Source: TPA_inf: Saccharomyces (taxonomy: Eukaryota). Taken from it: a DNA stretch of 64,000 nucleotides. Positions within the stretch are counted from its first letter, which is position 1. Each line of letters opens with the position of its first letter. The notes under the pieces were generated by a model. That model saw only the letters and a list, made by a program, of their open reading frames with translations. It searched no databases and was not told where the DNA came from. This document shows, one piece after another, positions 1 through 11,453 of this stretch. The stretch is taken from positions 1,312,001 to 1,376,000 of the forward strand of contig BK006938.2 of assembly GCA_000146045.2 (NCBI GenBank), given 5' to 3'. The position numbers were made by a program, and so were the translations under genes.

Positions 1-39
1 ACGCATAATAAGGTTACATTAAGCACTGCTTTATCCTCT

Positions 40-2892
40 ATGTCTGCTAAGAAAAGGCCTTCGGGAAACGCAGCATTTGAACTTCCAAAACGGAGAAGAA
101 CCTACCAAGCTTGCATCAGCTGCAGATCAAGGAAGGTGAAATGTGATCTTGGTCCGGTTGATAACCCACACGACCCACCGTGTGCACGTTGCAAAAGGGA
201 GCTAAAAAAATGTATTTTTAGCTCTAATAAGGGAACTTCGAACGACTTGCCTCCTAATTCGATTAATGCAATAAGTCTGCCATCTCTAGGTAAGAGTAAG
301 CAAGAGATACAAAATGACTCAACGAGCCCAATTTTATCGGATGTACCTTTGTCAAGAAAAGGGATTAGCAGTGAAAAATCATTTAAATCAGAAGGGATGA
401 AGTGGAAGCTTGAACTTTCCTCCATGCAGAACGCCCTAGAGTTTCTGGCCCAAGCTGCTGGAACTGTAGCAAAAGAAGGCGCAAAAGAAATCATAAAAGA
501 GAAGTCCACAACACCGAAACCACTGAAAAGTTCTTTGGATGCGACAAATAAATCTGCTACGGACGAGGGGTTGAAACGACTTTCAAAAAGTGACAGTACT
601 AACACACTTTACGAAAATACAGCAGATATGCTTAACCACACGCTGAATACGAATAGGAAAACATCACAATTAATGGAAGAAATCGGGAAAGTGAGACCTC
701 CACCTACCCGGAAAATTGACGACTTCGATTACATCGGTCCAGATAGCTTGCTTACTAAAGAGGAGGCGATTGAACTCATAGAGGCATTTTTTCTCACGAT
801 GCACCCATTCTTTCCCAATATCCCACTTCAATTGCATGATCCGAAAGAATTAGCAGAATATCCAATTTTGTTTTGTGCAATTTTGACTGTTTCTGCTCGC
901 TATCATCCTTTCGATACTTTAGGATTAGACAATGGAGAAGATGGGATGAGACACATTGAAGTTCACGATAAATTATGGGTGTATTGCCAGAAGCTTATAT
1001 CTCAAACAATTTGGGCAGAGGCTAGTACTAGGTCAATTGGCACCGTGCTTGCTTTCATAATTTTCACGGAATGGAACCCAAGGAGTATCCACTATAAATG
1101 GTCTGACTATGCAAATGATCCTGAGTTAAATAATGTCAACGCTAGAGGAAGTAAGAATATTAGTACGAGGAAGGACGAAGAAGGATTGACCGGTGTCGGC
1201 GCAATCCGTAGAAGCGACCGAATGTCATGGATGCTGACAGGGTCTGCAGTAAGGCTGGCGCAAGATATGGGATTCATTGAAAACAGCTCAAAAGTATTCA
1301 TTGTCACTCATATATCTGAGACTACCAGTGCTATGAATATGAATCAAAGATCCTTATTAGCAGAATCATTCAGCGTTTTAAACTTGAATTTAGGAAAAAT
1401 TGAAAACGATGGAAATGAAAGCAATGAGGATTACCTTGGGAATGAAAAATTTTATCTGAATGAGATTTTGCCTGATGAAGAAAGTAAACTAAGGTGGAAG
1501 AGAGTTTTTGAAAACTCAGAAAATGACCACGACAACGAGAAAAATTTTTTGACTGATTGGGAGAGGGAGTTTTTAAACGATGAGTATGTTCTATATTATT
1601 CTAATAAAAAAGATGATACTAATCTAGCACAGAATCACATACCACCATTTCCACTAAGATTCTCATTCGCCCAAAGAGCAAAAATAGAGATCATTCGAAT
1701 CCTATCCATAGCATATGAGACGATTTACTGTGAGAAGAATAAGAGGAAATTGGCAACGACAGATCAGAGACACAACCTCTCTGTCCTAAGTGTTTTTTCT
1801 CCCTTGATAGAGGGCTGGCTCAGTAACTACAGAGAGCTTCTTGTACCCCTTTCTGATGTCCCTTTCTCACTAGCAGATAGGAAGAACAAAAAACAAATAT
1901 TTGATAACATCGATAGAATAAATGGTGAAAGTATTATCACAGATTTCAATTATTGTCAACTTTATATCTTTTCCCTCGCACTGCAAGTGGATGGGAAAAC
2001 AAGCAGATTGAATATGAATGAAATTGTGACAAGCGCGAGGTATGTGGAATTAGCATACAGATCTGCAAAAGAAATATTGAGTTCTGCAAAGCGAGTTTCA
2101 AGGCAAGGAATGCTAAAATACATGCCCGTAAGATGGGTAATACGAATAATTAGATCCATTGCGTTCATAGTAAAATGCTACCTAACACTTACTGGTAGTG
2201 AACTGGCAACAAATCCAGATGCCAGAAACATTTTAAAATTAAGTGCAATATCGGTTGACGAAACATTCGATATCATCCGTGACACTGCGGTTACTTTGAA
2301 AGAAGCTACACCAGATGAATTACATCTATGTCAAAGATACGCAGCCATATTAATGTACTTATGTACAGAGATGAAACTTCGAAAAAAATCTTACTTAGAA
2401 CGACCACCCTTATTAAGAGATGGCACCACTCCTCTAGAGAGCAATCGCGAATCCTCACTGGAGGGACAAGACTTAACTAAGAAGCCAATATTCTCTAAAC
2501 GTATTGGATATAATAAAACCGAGACTACTTTTGAACCCTCGGAAAGGCCTTTGACGGAGGAAATTAATAGCAATTCTCAGAATTCAAATGATACATCTTC
2601 TAAAGGTATCGTTGATCCTTTTGTTGAACAAAACAACGATATCACAACAGCGTTACTGAACAATGAACTCTTCCAAGGTCCATCTCTATCTGACGAGGTT
2701 ACAGATTGGTTCGGTGCTAGTGAAGATATCGGGCTTGAATTTGTAGAACCATGGACAGAACTTATTGAGCAACGATATATGCAATGTGGAGATGGTGATA
2801 ATAATAATTTCGAAAATTTATACAACTTGTTCGTGAATAGTAATAACATCAATAATGATATTAATAACTCAAGGCCAATAACGCGTAAATAA
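40..2892 (+). CDS. ARO80: Zn(II)2Cys6 zinc-cluster transcription activator of aromatic amino-acid catabolic genes (Aro80), 950 aa
   Basis: Complete ATG-to-stop ORF of 950 aa. The N-terminal CX2CX6CX(n)CX2CX6C zinc-cluster motif is visible ([13 protein letters not shown]...[11 protein letters not shown]). Length and N-terminus match my recollection of S. cerevisiae Aro80 (YDR421W). Confidence 0.88.
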
Positions 2893-3325
2893 GTAGATAT
2901 CAAAGAATTACGTCATCAACCAAGACAACCGCACTATTCGTAAAAATGATTTTAAATACAAAGACAGAATAACAGGGGAAGATGGAGGTATATAATAATG
3001 CGAATGCTTCATAATACTATGACTGGTTTTCCATTGGGCATATGAGATGATTTTACGGCTCAATCACTACTTATATATGATTTCTATAACAAAGCAGGCC
3101 ATTACACATTAGGAACGGCTATCTATTACATAAGAATATGCAGCAAATTCGTTGGATATGTTAAAGTATATTCCACGCATGCTGAGAAGTGGATTGCCAG
3201 AAACGTGACGTGAAATACCTACTAGAACAAAAAAAAAAGGAATGCAAACGTTCTAGGAGCCATAGGAATCAAAAAGAAAAAAATTGAATTAATAGAGTTC
3301 GTGAGAATCATTGCGAATTGAGATT

Positions 3326-5773
3326 CTAATTACTGATCTGAGACTTTTGTGTTTTATAATAACAAGGTGCATAAACTACTTGAGTGATAAATTTCCCCTC
3401 ATATCTAGTAGTGCAAGCTACGCTGATTATTTCATCTCTAATACTGCTTGTCAGTAAATGGTTCAAATTCACGTGGGGTATAATATGATTTATCGCACCT
3501 TCATCCCTCTCATGTGATTCTGAATTCTGATTGCTTTGGTTTAGTATTCTGTTCAGATAGGATGAATTCAGGTATATGGGCAAGTCAGGAACTGGGTATC
3601 TACTTAGAAAAACCGCCTCTGCTGTTTCTGCATCAATATTACCGCCTTGCTGTAAAGTAGCAAATAAATCATCTTGATTACAGTCAACAACTCTATGTGT
3701 AAAGCTGGGAGGTTCTTGGGGATGCACGTCATCAGAATCTCCTTTTACAGAAATCGTAGAGCCGTCACCTATATTAAATAAATTTGGTATTTCGTTCGAA
3801 TACACCAACCTCTCAGGCTTGACCTCGGCCATCAAATCCAAACTGCTAGCCTTCAGACGTACAAATGAGTCACGCATATTTATTGAACTGGACCTACTTA
3901 AGCCTCTATAATCTGAAAACGGTGTACTTGGCCTTTCAACACCCTTAGCAGAATAGTAGGAAGATTTTCGAGAGGAAGAAGGAAATCTTTTAAGTTCCGG
4001 TCTCTTGGGCAATTCTTCATCCAGTGTTGGCTCTACTTGCGAGTCGATGTCTGCTTCGTTTCTAAATGGCTCGATCGTATGATAACCGGGCAATACTTCA
4101 AACCAGTTGACAAAATTGCCTTCTGAATCCGTAGCTGTAGGAAGAAAATTTGAGTGAGTCAATATACCATTGATGGAGAATTGCAGTCTATAAATTCCTG
4201 CAGGCAAAAAAAGATCTGGAACAAACCATTCCTTATGCACATCATCATAAACCATGCGGATCCTAGGATTTAACTGTTTTTCTGAGTCTAAACTTGCATT
4301 CTCATCCAAGGTAAGCTCTCTTTGCTCTTTAAGAGCAGAAGCAATATCCGTGCTTACTATAAAGACTTCCGTGGTTGCAGCCACGGTACCATCGTCTTTC
4401 CATTTTAGAACAACTAAAGTATTTTCGGTGGAGTTTGTTGATGATATTGAAGACATACTCGACATGGAATTAGAGTGATGCGATATTTCTCTATGCTGCG
4501 GTGCAGAGTATTGACTTTCATTGTCGTTAATAATTGGATGTAGTGGATGCAAAGGCTGCAAATTCAAACCGTTTGTTAAGATACTCTTTCTTGATTGTAA
4601 AGAATGCAAAGAAGCAAATGAGGATCTTCTCGAATTTGAAACCGACCTTATTTTTTTATTCTGGGCTTTCTTTGTCTTATTATGGTGCTTATTTAAATCT
4701 CTTTCCATCAAGGTCTTATCACCGTACAGTTTCATCATCATTTTTGCAGTAGCAGATATAGGTGCGGTAAAATCGTCGTTGGAGCCTCCCGCGTTTCCCT
4801 TGTTACGGGTGTTATTTTCAATATTTCCATTGTTATTAGCGTGGCTTATCCTTTCTGCAGTATACATTGAATTAGAGGAATTCACCCTTGAAAGACGTTG
4901 CATATCCTTTTTTAAAGCATTTTGTAAAAGAGACTGGTTCAAAACCATATCTTCACTTTGAAGTACGCCTGCTTCTGCATCTACACTATCACTGTTTCCC
5001 TCTTTATCCATTTGAGAGTTCTCAGAAAATGTTTCGTCGTTATTGAGATATTGATATTGGTATGCATGGATAGATGGTTTCTTTGAATAGGGTTGTCTTA
5101 CAGGAATATCAATGGAATCCGTCTTGGTCAAGGCGGGAAGTGATGCTGAATGCACCGATGAAGACCTCGTTGGAGAAGGGGAAGCAGTAGCTGAACTTTC
5201 TAAAAGATTTTTTTTCAAAGCTATGATGCTTGAGCGATGCCTTTCATGGTGTGGTTTGTCGTTTCTTTCATTTTCTGTTGTTTCGTCAACCATGGTGTAA
5301 TTCAAAGTAGACAGATCATCCAGATCACTTTTAGTTCGTTTGACAGTGGCCATTGATGGACCTGGGCTCAAAAACGACGGAGATTTCACCTGCTCTTCGG
5401 GTGCACCCACATCGTGATCATCACTTAAAGTCAAATTGGCCAACGTAGTGTCATTTACGTCTGCGGCAGAGGACAAAGAATAATCCTTTTTGAATAGATG
5501 GGACGGGCCCTTATCGATAGTAGTATCACTGCTCATGCGCCCATCACAATCTGTCGATGGATCGTGAGATGCAAGTAATTGCATTCTAGGGGGAATGGCA
5601 CCATTATGTTCGCTAGTATGACTGGCGCGTCTCTTATGAGTACTCTTCCTATTGTTAAACAGTTGAGAGGTTATGCTTCCCTGACGATCTTTATTGAATG
5701 CATCATGAAAATGATGTCCATGCTCCTTTTTGGTTGAATGCGATGGATCCTGAGTAGAAGGACTGTTTCCCAT
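3326..5773 (-). CDS. SIP1: SNF1 kinase complex beta subunit Sip1, 815 aa; N-terminal MGNSPS myristoylation consensus
   Basis: The six-frame ORF 3326..5917 has an in-frame Met at codon 49 giving MGNSPSTQDPSHS..., which is the Sip1 N-terminus I recall (815 aa). The C-terminal KIS/ASC-type region is present. MGxxxS is an N-myristoylation motif, and the upstream 48-codon extension would abolish it. Confidence 0.82.
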   Translation of the reverse strand: MGNSPSTQDPSHSTKKEHGHHFHDAFNKDRQGSITSQLFNNRKSTHKRRASHTSEHNGAIPPRMQLLASHDPSTDCDGRMSSDTTIDKGPSHLFKKDYSLSSAADVNDTTLANLTLSDDHDVGAPEEQVKSPSFLSPGPSMATVKRTKSDLDDLSTLNYTMVDETTENERNDKPHHERHRSSIIALKKNLLESSATASPSPTRSSSVHSASLPALTKTDSIDIPVRQPYSKKPSIHAYQYQYLNNDETFSENSQMDKEGNSDSVDAEAGVLQSEDMVLNQSLLQNALKKDMQRLSRVNSSNSMYTAERISHANNNGNIENNTRNKGNAGGSNDDFTAPISATAKMMMKLYGDKTLMERDLNKHHNKTKKAQNKKIRSVSNSRRSSFASLHSLQSRKSILTNGLNLQPLHPLHPIINDNESQYSAPQHREISHHSNSMSSMSSISSTNSTENTLVVLKWKDDGTVAATTEVFIVSTDIASALKEQRELTLDENASLDSEKQLNPRIRMVYDDVHKEWFVPDLFLPAGIYRLQFSINGILTHSNFLPTATDSEGNFVNWFEVLPGYHTIEPFRNEADIDSQVEPTLDEELPKRPELKRFPSSSRKSSYYSAKGVERPSTPFSDYRGLSRSSSINMRDSFVRLKASSLDLMAEVKPERLVYSNEIPNLFNIGDGSTISVKGDSDDVHPQEPPSFTHRVVDCNQDDLFATLQQGGNIDAETAEAVFLSRYPVPDLPIYLNSSYLNRILNQSNQNSESHERDEGAINHIIPHVNLNHLLTSSIRDEIISVACTTRYEGKFITQVVYAPCYYKTQKSQISN

Positions 5774-6045
5774 GGCGGCTGCAACAACTATATAATATGA
5801 CAGTTCAACTTTCCAAGATGTCAGTCCACACGCAAAAAAAGAAGTGCAAATGAAAGAAACACTAGGTAAGACACCTTGTTTATGTAGGTATCCACTTGTA
5901 TCGGATATATCTACCATTGTTAATTGTCAATAGTATTCCATCAGAGACAATGGTAAAAAGACAAAAAAGGTATAATCATCGTACAAAGCGATCAATATTA
6001 CATGCTCTCATCCAACATTATGTATACTCAAGATATGTTTATATG

Positions 6046-7275
6046 CTACAGGAGCTGTCTAACCAGAGCACTCTGTAAGTCGCGAGCTTTGACTACTATT
6101 TTGCAGTCATCTGTACATTTTGCCTTGATTATTAATTCGCTGCATAAATCATCTATGTCCAACGATGAATATTTTGGTAGGGAGGAGATCTCTTCGAGAA
6201 TGTGGTAGCAAGACGCTTTTCCATTCGATATGGCGCTGCTAATGTGTTCAATTGCTTCAGATTGGGTTCGAATTGTTTTAGTATGAGAAGCAGCCACCGG
6301 AAGCACCGAAGCTAGAGATTTCTGATTCAACAGGTGGCTTGTTATTAAGTCGCATTTGATCTCCTTATTTGAACATGGTTTGGTCCCGATACACTTGCGG
6401 TTGCAAATATTATTACACTGGCTCCCTACAGCAAGGGGAAGCACGCTGGGGAATAAAGTATCATCTTCTGTCTCGTATGGAAGATACTTTTGGTCAATTT
6501 CACATTGACATGCTGACGTATCTATTTTTTCAGCGGTCAGGCGTTCAGAGTGCTGAGGAAAGTAGTTATGAATGTCGTAATCTAAAGCTTCTAGACCAGT
6601 CTGTCTATCATTGGAGACAAGATCGAGACTGAAATCTGGCATTTCACTACCATTAATACTTTCGTCACCGATGGTAACGGCACCTGTTCGATTTCCGGGG
6701 GGAGAATCCCACGAATTGGTTAAACTGGGAGCGTTCCATGAGCCTATGTTCCACATAACTTTCTCATTCTCTTGAGTGTGCGGCTGTACTTCTATACTTG
6801 TGTTCACAGTCATGTTTTCATCTGAATTAGGCGATGGCAATTCCTTTGCAGCCTTGCTAACTGCTGTACTTGTTCCTTTTTCGTTTTCCCTTTTCTGTTG
6901 TTCTTGCAGATCATCGAGGAAGGCTAATATTCTTTCATCATCAGAATTCTTAGCTCTATATTTTGTAATTTCCGACAGTAAACTTTTTAAAGAACATAGT
7001 AAAAAGTCCGTGGTAGTCTTATTCTGCGCATCTTTCTGTTCTAGTAACTCTACCCTCTCTTGCAAACTCTTCATTTTGGCTTCTTTCCTATCTCGGAACG
7101 CTCGTTGAGCTGCCCTATTCTGGGCAGTCCTCCTACTCTTAGCTTCAGAGTCAATCCTTTTTCTGCCTGGTCTGCCCACCTTCCTCTTAGGTGTTCCATC
7201 TTTATTTAGCAACATTTGCTTCTTCATGTCACCTGCTAAATATATTTGCTGACCTTTCCGAAGGATATTGCCCAT
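6046..7275 (-). CDS. CAD1: bZIP (Yap family) transcription factor Cad1/Yap2, 409 aa
   Basis: 409-aa ORF. Yap-type basic region RRTAQNRAAQRAFRDRKEAKMKSLQERVELLEQ is followed by leucine-zipper heptads, and a C-terminal Cys-rich domain is present. Length matches Cad1 (YDR423C). Confidence 0.88.
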   Translation of the reverse strand: MGNILRKGQQIYLAGDMKKQMLLNKDGTPKRKVGRPGRKRIDSEAKSRRTAQNRAAQRAFRDRKEAKMKSLQERVELLEQKDAQNKTTTDFLLCSLKSLLSEITKYRAKNSDDERILAFLDDLQEQQKRENEKGTSTAVSKAAKELPSPNSDENMTVNTSIEVQPHTQENEKVMWNIGSWNAPSLTNSWDSPPGNRTGAVTIGDESINGSEMPDFSLDLVSNDRQTGLEALDYDIHNYFPQHSERLTAEKIDTSACQCEIDQKYLPYETEDDTLFPSVLPLAVGSQCNNICNRKCIGTKPCSNKEIKCDLITSHLLNQKSLASVLPVAASHTKTIRTQSEAIEHISSAISNGKASCYHILEEISSLPKYSSLDIDDLCSELIIKAKCTDDCKIVVKARDLQSALVRQLL

Positions 7276-7386
7276 TTATCTTAACTGGTCGTTCCATTGC
7301 TTATATGTCGTCCTTAAAAGTAACACCCCATTCGTATGAAAGTATAATAGTAATTGATTATCGATTAACTATTGAAGAAACACTAT

Positions 7387-7841
7387 TTATGCTGTTTTGA
7401 AAACTAAAAACGCCAGTGGACCGATATAGAAATAAACAAAATGGCCCTTTTCGTGTGTCACGTAGCTCCCAAAGTTCTTTCCGACAATCACATGCCAGGT
7501 ATTGCCGTATTTGACATCCAATTGCTTCTTTACCGTCCCAGCAATGTCTCTTTCCAACTGGTACTTGTCCAGAGCATCTTTACTGATGGTTAAAATATCC
7601 TCTTTCAGCTTGTCGGTCTAAGTTTTCTCCTTGTTAGTAAATATATATATTCAAATGTACACACACAAAACATGTATATCATGGCACAATTACATACTAT
7701 GTCAGACGCCTTAACAATAGCTGCAATTCATGGAAGAAAACCTCACTCTTCCTCGAGTTAGTAAAGAAAAATTGTATTGAAAGTCACAAAATTGTGACTG
7801 AGATTAACTGACATACGCGTACTCTTATTTTCATCGCTCAT
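7387..7841 (-). CDS. DYN2: Dynein light chain LC8 (Dyn2), 92 aa. Three exons on the minus strand: 7841..7817, 7720..7698, 7617..7387; introns 7816..7721 and 7697..7618
   Basis: Minus-strand ATGAGCGATGAAAATAAGAGTACGC (MSDENKST) is followed directly by GTATGT. TACTAAC branch points (plus-strand gttagta at about 7756 and 7633) and cag/tag acceptors are present. Spliced product is 279 nt, translating [25 protein letters not shown]...[11 protein letters not shown], the LC8-family sequence. Exons 1 and 2 are 25 and 23 nt, so the ORF track misses the gene. Confidence 0.8.
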
Positions 7842-8063
7842 TTTGGTTTTAATTTGCTCTTCTTTATGTCGTTTCCCAGTTTCACTTTTTACCCTGGCAG
7901 TAGTTTTGGAGGCTTTCCTTTTCTGCAGTTTCGCTAGTTTGTAATCTCCATTTAAAGGGAAAAGAGAACCAGGCAACAAGATAAAGAGATAAGGGATAGA
8001 GACATAAATAGACATCTATACACGTAGTGAGTAACAACGGATACTACTACACATACAGAAAAA

Positions 8064-9941
8064 ATGGACTACAACATATTTGAGGCGGTACATGAACAAC
8101 AAAGCAGCACATCTGACATGGATCTCTCAGAAGAAGATAATAATCCATTCGTCGGCACTCATCACCTATATGCTTCTGGAATTGGGACTACTATCGGCGA
8201 AGCTCGCCCAGAGAACGAAAATTCGCCCCCTTCTTCATCGTCTTTGCCATCTAGCCCGGCACATTCCTCTTCTGCTGGCTCTTCCAGAGCATCTACGTCA
8301 TCTTCAACCTCTTCTCATGCCGTAGTGGAAGCAGATGCGGAAACTGAACCTTTTGTTTCCTTGTCGATGTCTACTACTGCTACTATTAGCAAATTTACTC
8401 CCCACGATATGAATGGGACACAGCAGATCCAAATCATTGATGCCGGCGATTTCAAAGATCCATGGGGGAAACACGCTATCGGTTACGTAATTCTATATGA
8501 AAACAACAAGATTATCAGAAGGTACTCTGAATTTCATTCTTTGAGGCAATCTCTAACTAGACTCCTTCCTACGATAATTATTCCACCCATTCCATCCAAG
8601 CATTCTCTTCTCAAATACATATGGAGTCCCATAAACGCAGCAAATGATTCCAAAATTATCTCCACCAGGAAGAAAATGCTCAATTCATTCTTGTCTAACT
8701 GTCTGAACATTCAAGAAATAAGCAACGATATTGTTTTTCAAAAATTTCTAAACCCTGAATTTAATTGGAAAGATGTTTTAAGTTCGTCGCCGATAATCAT
8801 ACTACCTTTGAATAACCTTTTAGCTCCACCTTTAAGCCCAACAAAACCAAGCCCCCTTCATTCTATTTTACCTATTCCATCCAACTCGTCTCTGAGAAAC
8901 TATAATTCGATTTGGCAACAACACATCACAGTAAAAAGTCATAATGAAATTTCCAACCTCCCAACAGAAATTTTACAAAACGAATCTCAATTTACACATA
9001 TTGAAAATTTATTCCAAAATTATAAGCGAATAATCACCCATTTATTAAAAAACATAAGATCAAATAAATCTCATTTCCACTCCTTGTCCACGTATTTTGC
9101 TGAATTAGGCGCATATTATAATGCTTTTAGTTTGGAAAATGACATAACCATGCCCAACAGCCTTCGCGAATCTGAAAACAATTCAAACAACCCAATGATG
9201 GAAATTATTAGTCATATTGAAAAGACAGGCCATTCATTCGATGTTATATACATTTCTTCCGAGATCTTAATAGAAAAGTACACCTCTATTCTTGAGGACC
9301 CCATTAATGAGTTATTGCAGTTCTTAAATGAGTCATTCAAAGTTCTAAATTTCAAGAAATTAAAGTTTTTGCAATTTAAAATATTAGAGAGGCTAATTAT
9401 CGAAAAAGAAACGAAACTTTCGAGTCTCACTGAGATTGAAAACCAACTGCAGAAGATTAATGAAAGTTTAACGCGGTCGACTATATTGACAGATGAAAAT
9501 TACAAAGATACAAAGGCTGCTGACCTGACATTTGTTAAAAAGGACGTAAGATCGCTATCGAAGTCAAGTTCAAATTCAAGCTCCAGTGGACACCAAAACG
9601 AAATTCATATAGGCGCAAGTAAACTAAACTATAAAACGTCTACGCCAACAATGAATCTCAATAAATTAGAAATCAAACAATTGACTGAACAAGAAAGATC
9701 TAAACAGATCAAACAGTTGAACCAAGATTTATCCAAATTGAAAGATTGTCTATCAATCTGTATATCAGACATGCTAGAAATTAACAATTCGTCATACAAC
9801 AGCTTAATGCATACATATAACCATATTAATTTGACCATTGGAAAGATCTTGAAACTTTTCGCAGCTAGCTTCAAAGCATGGATCAAAGAATGTCTGAAGA
9901 ATTGGAAACTGGCAAAGTTACAAATCGACGAGGCCCTATAA
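8064..9941 (+). CDS. SNX41: Sorting nexin Snx41 (PX-domain protein), 625 aa
   Basis: 625-aa ORF with an N-terminal Ser-rich low-complexity segment followed by a PX-like region (IIRRYSEFHSLRQSL...). Length and position after DYN2 fit YDR425W. Confidence 0.8.
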   Translation: MDYNIFEAVHEQQSSTSDMDLSEEDNNPFVGTHHLYASGIGTTIGEARPENENSPPSSSSLPSSPAHSSSAGSSRASTSSSTSSHAVVEADAETEPFVSLSMSTTATISKFTPHDMNGTQQIQIIDAGDFKDPWGKHAIGYVILYENNKIIRRYSEFHSLRQSLTRLLPTIIIPPIPSKHSLLKYIWSPINAANDSKIISTRKKMLNSFLSNCLNIQEISNDIVFQKFLNPEFNWKDVLSSSPIIILPLNNLLAPPLSPTKPSPLHSILPIPSNSSLRNYNSIWQQHITVKSHNEISNLPTEILQNESQFTHIENLFQNYKRIITHLLKNIRSNKSHFHSLSTYFAELGAYYNAFSLENDITMPNSLRESENNSNNPMMEIISHIEKTGHSFDVIYISSEILIEKYTSILEDPINELLQFLNESFKVLNFKKLKFLQFKILERLIIEKETKLSSLTEIENQLQKINESLTRSTILTDENYKDTKAADLTFVKKDVRSLSKSSSNSSSSGHQNEIHIGASKLNYKTSTPTMNLNKLEIKQLTEQERSKQIKQLNQDLSKLKDCLSICISDMLEINNSSYNSLMHTYNHINLTIGKILKLFAASFKAWIKECLKNWKLAKLQIDEAL

Positions 9942-9974
9942 AAAGCATTACCGTCACGCATCGTGTTGCAAATA

Positions 9975-10009
9975 GCATATACATATATATATATATATAT
10001 ATACATATA
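9975..10009. repeat. (AT)n / (TA)n dinucleotide microsatellite (pure run of about 21 nt at 9983-10003) in the SNX41-RPN9 intergenic region
   Basis: catatacatatatatatatatatatatacatata read directly. Confidence 0.9.
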
Positions 10010-10204
10010 ACGTATACGTTAGAAAAATTTGAATACACACATTCATTTATCCTATTATTATCATTTTCATTCTTACCCGCTCCCCGCTTTCATCCGGTGG
10101 CAAAAGTAAGAACAAATAAAAGCTAGACCTAGATTGAAGAAACTATTAAGTACCAAAAAGCAAACAGTGGGCACACGCGAGGAAACCACATTATATTTCG
10201 CAAG

Positions 10205-11386
10205 ATGTTTAATAATCATGAAATTGACACCATATTAAGCACTCTCCGCATGGAGGCAGATCCCTCTTTGCATCCTTTATTCGAACAATTTGAGAAATTT
10301 TATGAAGAGAAATTGTGGTTCCAATTGTCCGAATCCTTGACTAAATTTTTTGATGATGCTAAATCTACACCATTGAGGCTCAGATTATATGATAACTTCG
10401 TTTCTAAATTTTATGATAAAATCAACCAATTGTCAGTAGTAAAGTATCTACTTGCCTCTTTGAAGGATTCTAAGGATTTCGATGAGTCTTTAAAATATTT
10501 GGATGATTTGAAGGCTCAATTTCAAGAATTGGACTCTAAAAAACAAAGAAATAATGGATCAAAAGACCATGGTGATGGTATTTTGTTGATAGATAGCGAA
10601 ATTGCTAGAACTTACCTGTTAAAGAACGACCTCGTTAAGGCAAGAGATTTATTAGATGATTTGGAAAAGACATTGGATAAAAAGGATTCCATTCCATTAA
10701 GGATAACAAACAGCTTCTATTCTACAAATTCCCAGTATTTTAAATTTAAAAATGATTTCAATTCTTTCTACTACACAAGTCTATTATACCTTTCTACCTT
10801 AGAACCATCTACAAGCATTACTTTAGCCGAACGTCAACAATTGGCCTATGATTTGAGTATCTCAGCATTGTTAGGTGACAAAATCTATAATTTTGGCGAA
10901 CTATTACACCATCCAATAATGGAAACTATAGTCAACGATTCCAATTACGATTGGCTTTTCCAATTATTAAATGCTCTAACCGTTGGTGATTTTGATAAAT
11001 TCGACTCATTGATAAAAGTTCAAATATCAAAGATTCCTATATTGGCTCAACATGAATCATTTTTACGACAAAAAATTTGCCTAATGACATTAATTGAAAC
11101 AGTTTTTGTCAAAAATATTAGGATGCTTTCATTTGAAGATATTTCAAAGGCTACACACCTACCAAAGGATAATGTCGAACACCTGGTCATGAGAGCCATA
11201 AGTTTGGGTCTATTAAAGGGTTCTATTGACCAAGTAAATGAACTCGTTACCATCTCCTGGGTCCAACCAAGAATCATAAGTGGTGACCAAATTACAAAGA
11301 TGAAGGACAGACTGGTTGAATGGAACGATCAAGTAGAAAAACTGGGCAAAAAAATGGAAGCTCGTGGCCAATCCATCTGGGTTTAG
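10205..11386 (+). CDS. RPN9: 26S proteasome lid subunit Rpn9 (PCI domain), 393 aa
   Basis: 393-aa ORF starting MFNNHEIDTILSTLRMEADPSLHPLFEQFEKFYEEKLWFQL. The C-terminal half shows a PCI-type helical repeat region. Matches recollection of Rpn9 (YDR427W). Confidence 0.82.
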   Translation: MFNNHEIDTILSTLRMEADPSLHPLFEQFEKFYEEKLWFQLSESLTKFFDDAKSTPLRLRLYDNFVSKFYDKINQLSVVKYLLASLKDSKDFDESLKYLDDLKAQFQELDSKKQRNNGSKDHGDGILLIDSEIARTYLLKNDLVKARDLLDDLEKTLDKKDSIPLRITNSFYSTNSQYFKFKNDFNSFYYTSLLYLSTLEPSTSITLAERQQLAYDLSISALLGDKIYNFGELLHHPIMETIVNDSNYDWLFQLLNALTVGDFDKFDSLIKVQISKIPILAQHESFLRQKICLMTLIETVFVKNIRMLSFEDISKATHLPKDNVEHLVMRAISLGLLKGSIDQVNELVTISWVQPRIISGDQITKMKDRLVEWNDQVEKLGKKMEARGQSIWV

Positions 11387-11453
11387 GCCATTGGCAGTTA
11401 TATATAAAACACACACGCACACATATATATAAATGCAGAAATAAAATCAACTA

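Noticed and set aside
2893-3325. Scanned convergent ARO80/SIP1 terminator region and other spacers for an ARS consensus (WTTTAYRTTTW)
   Set aside because: No convincing 11/11 match found by eye. Without a systematic scan I do not call an origin.
4521-4961. 146-aa plus-strand ORF (and neighbours 4254-4478, 4534-4752) inside SIP1
   Set aside because: Antisense to a well-supported 815-aa CDS; hydrophobic low-complexity translation. It is a typical spurious ORF.
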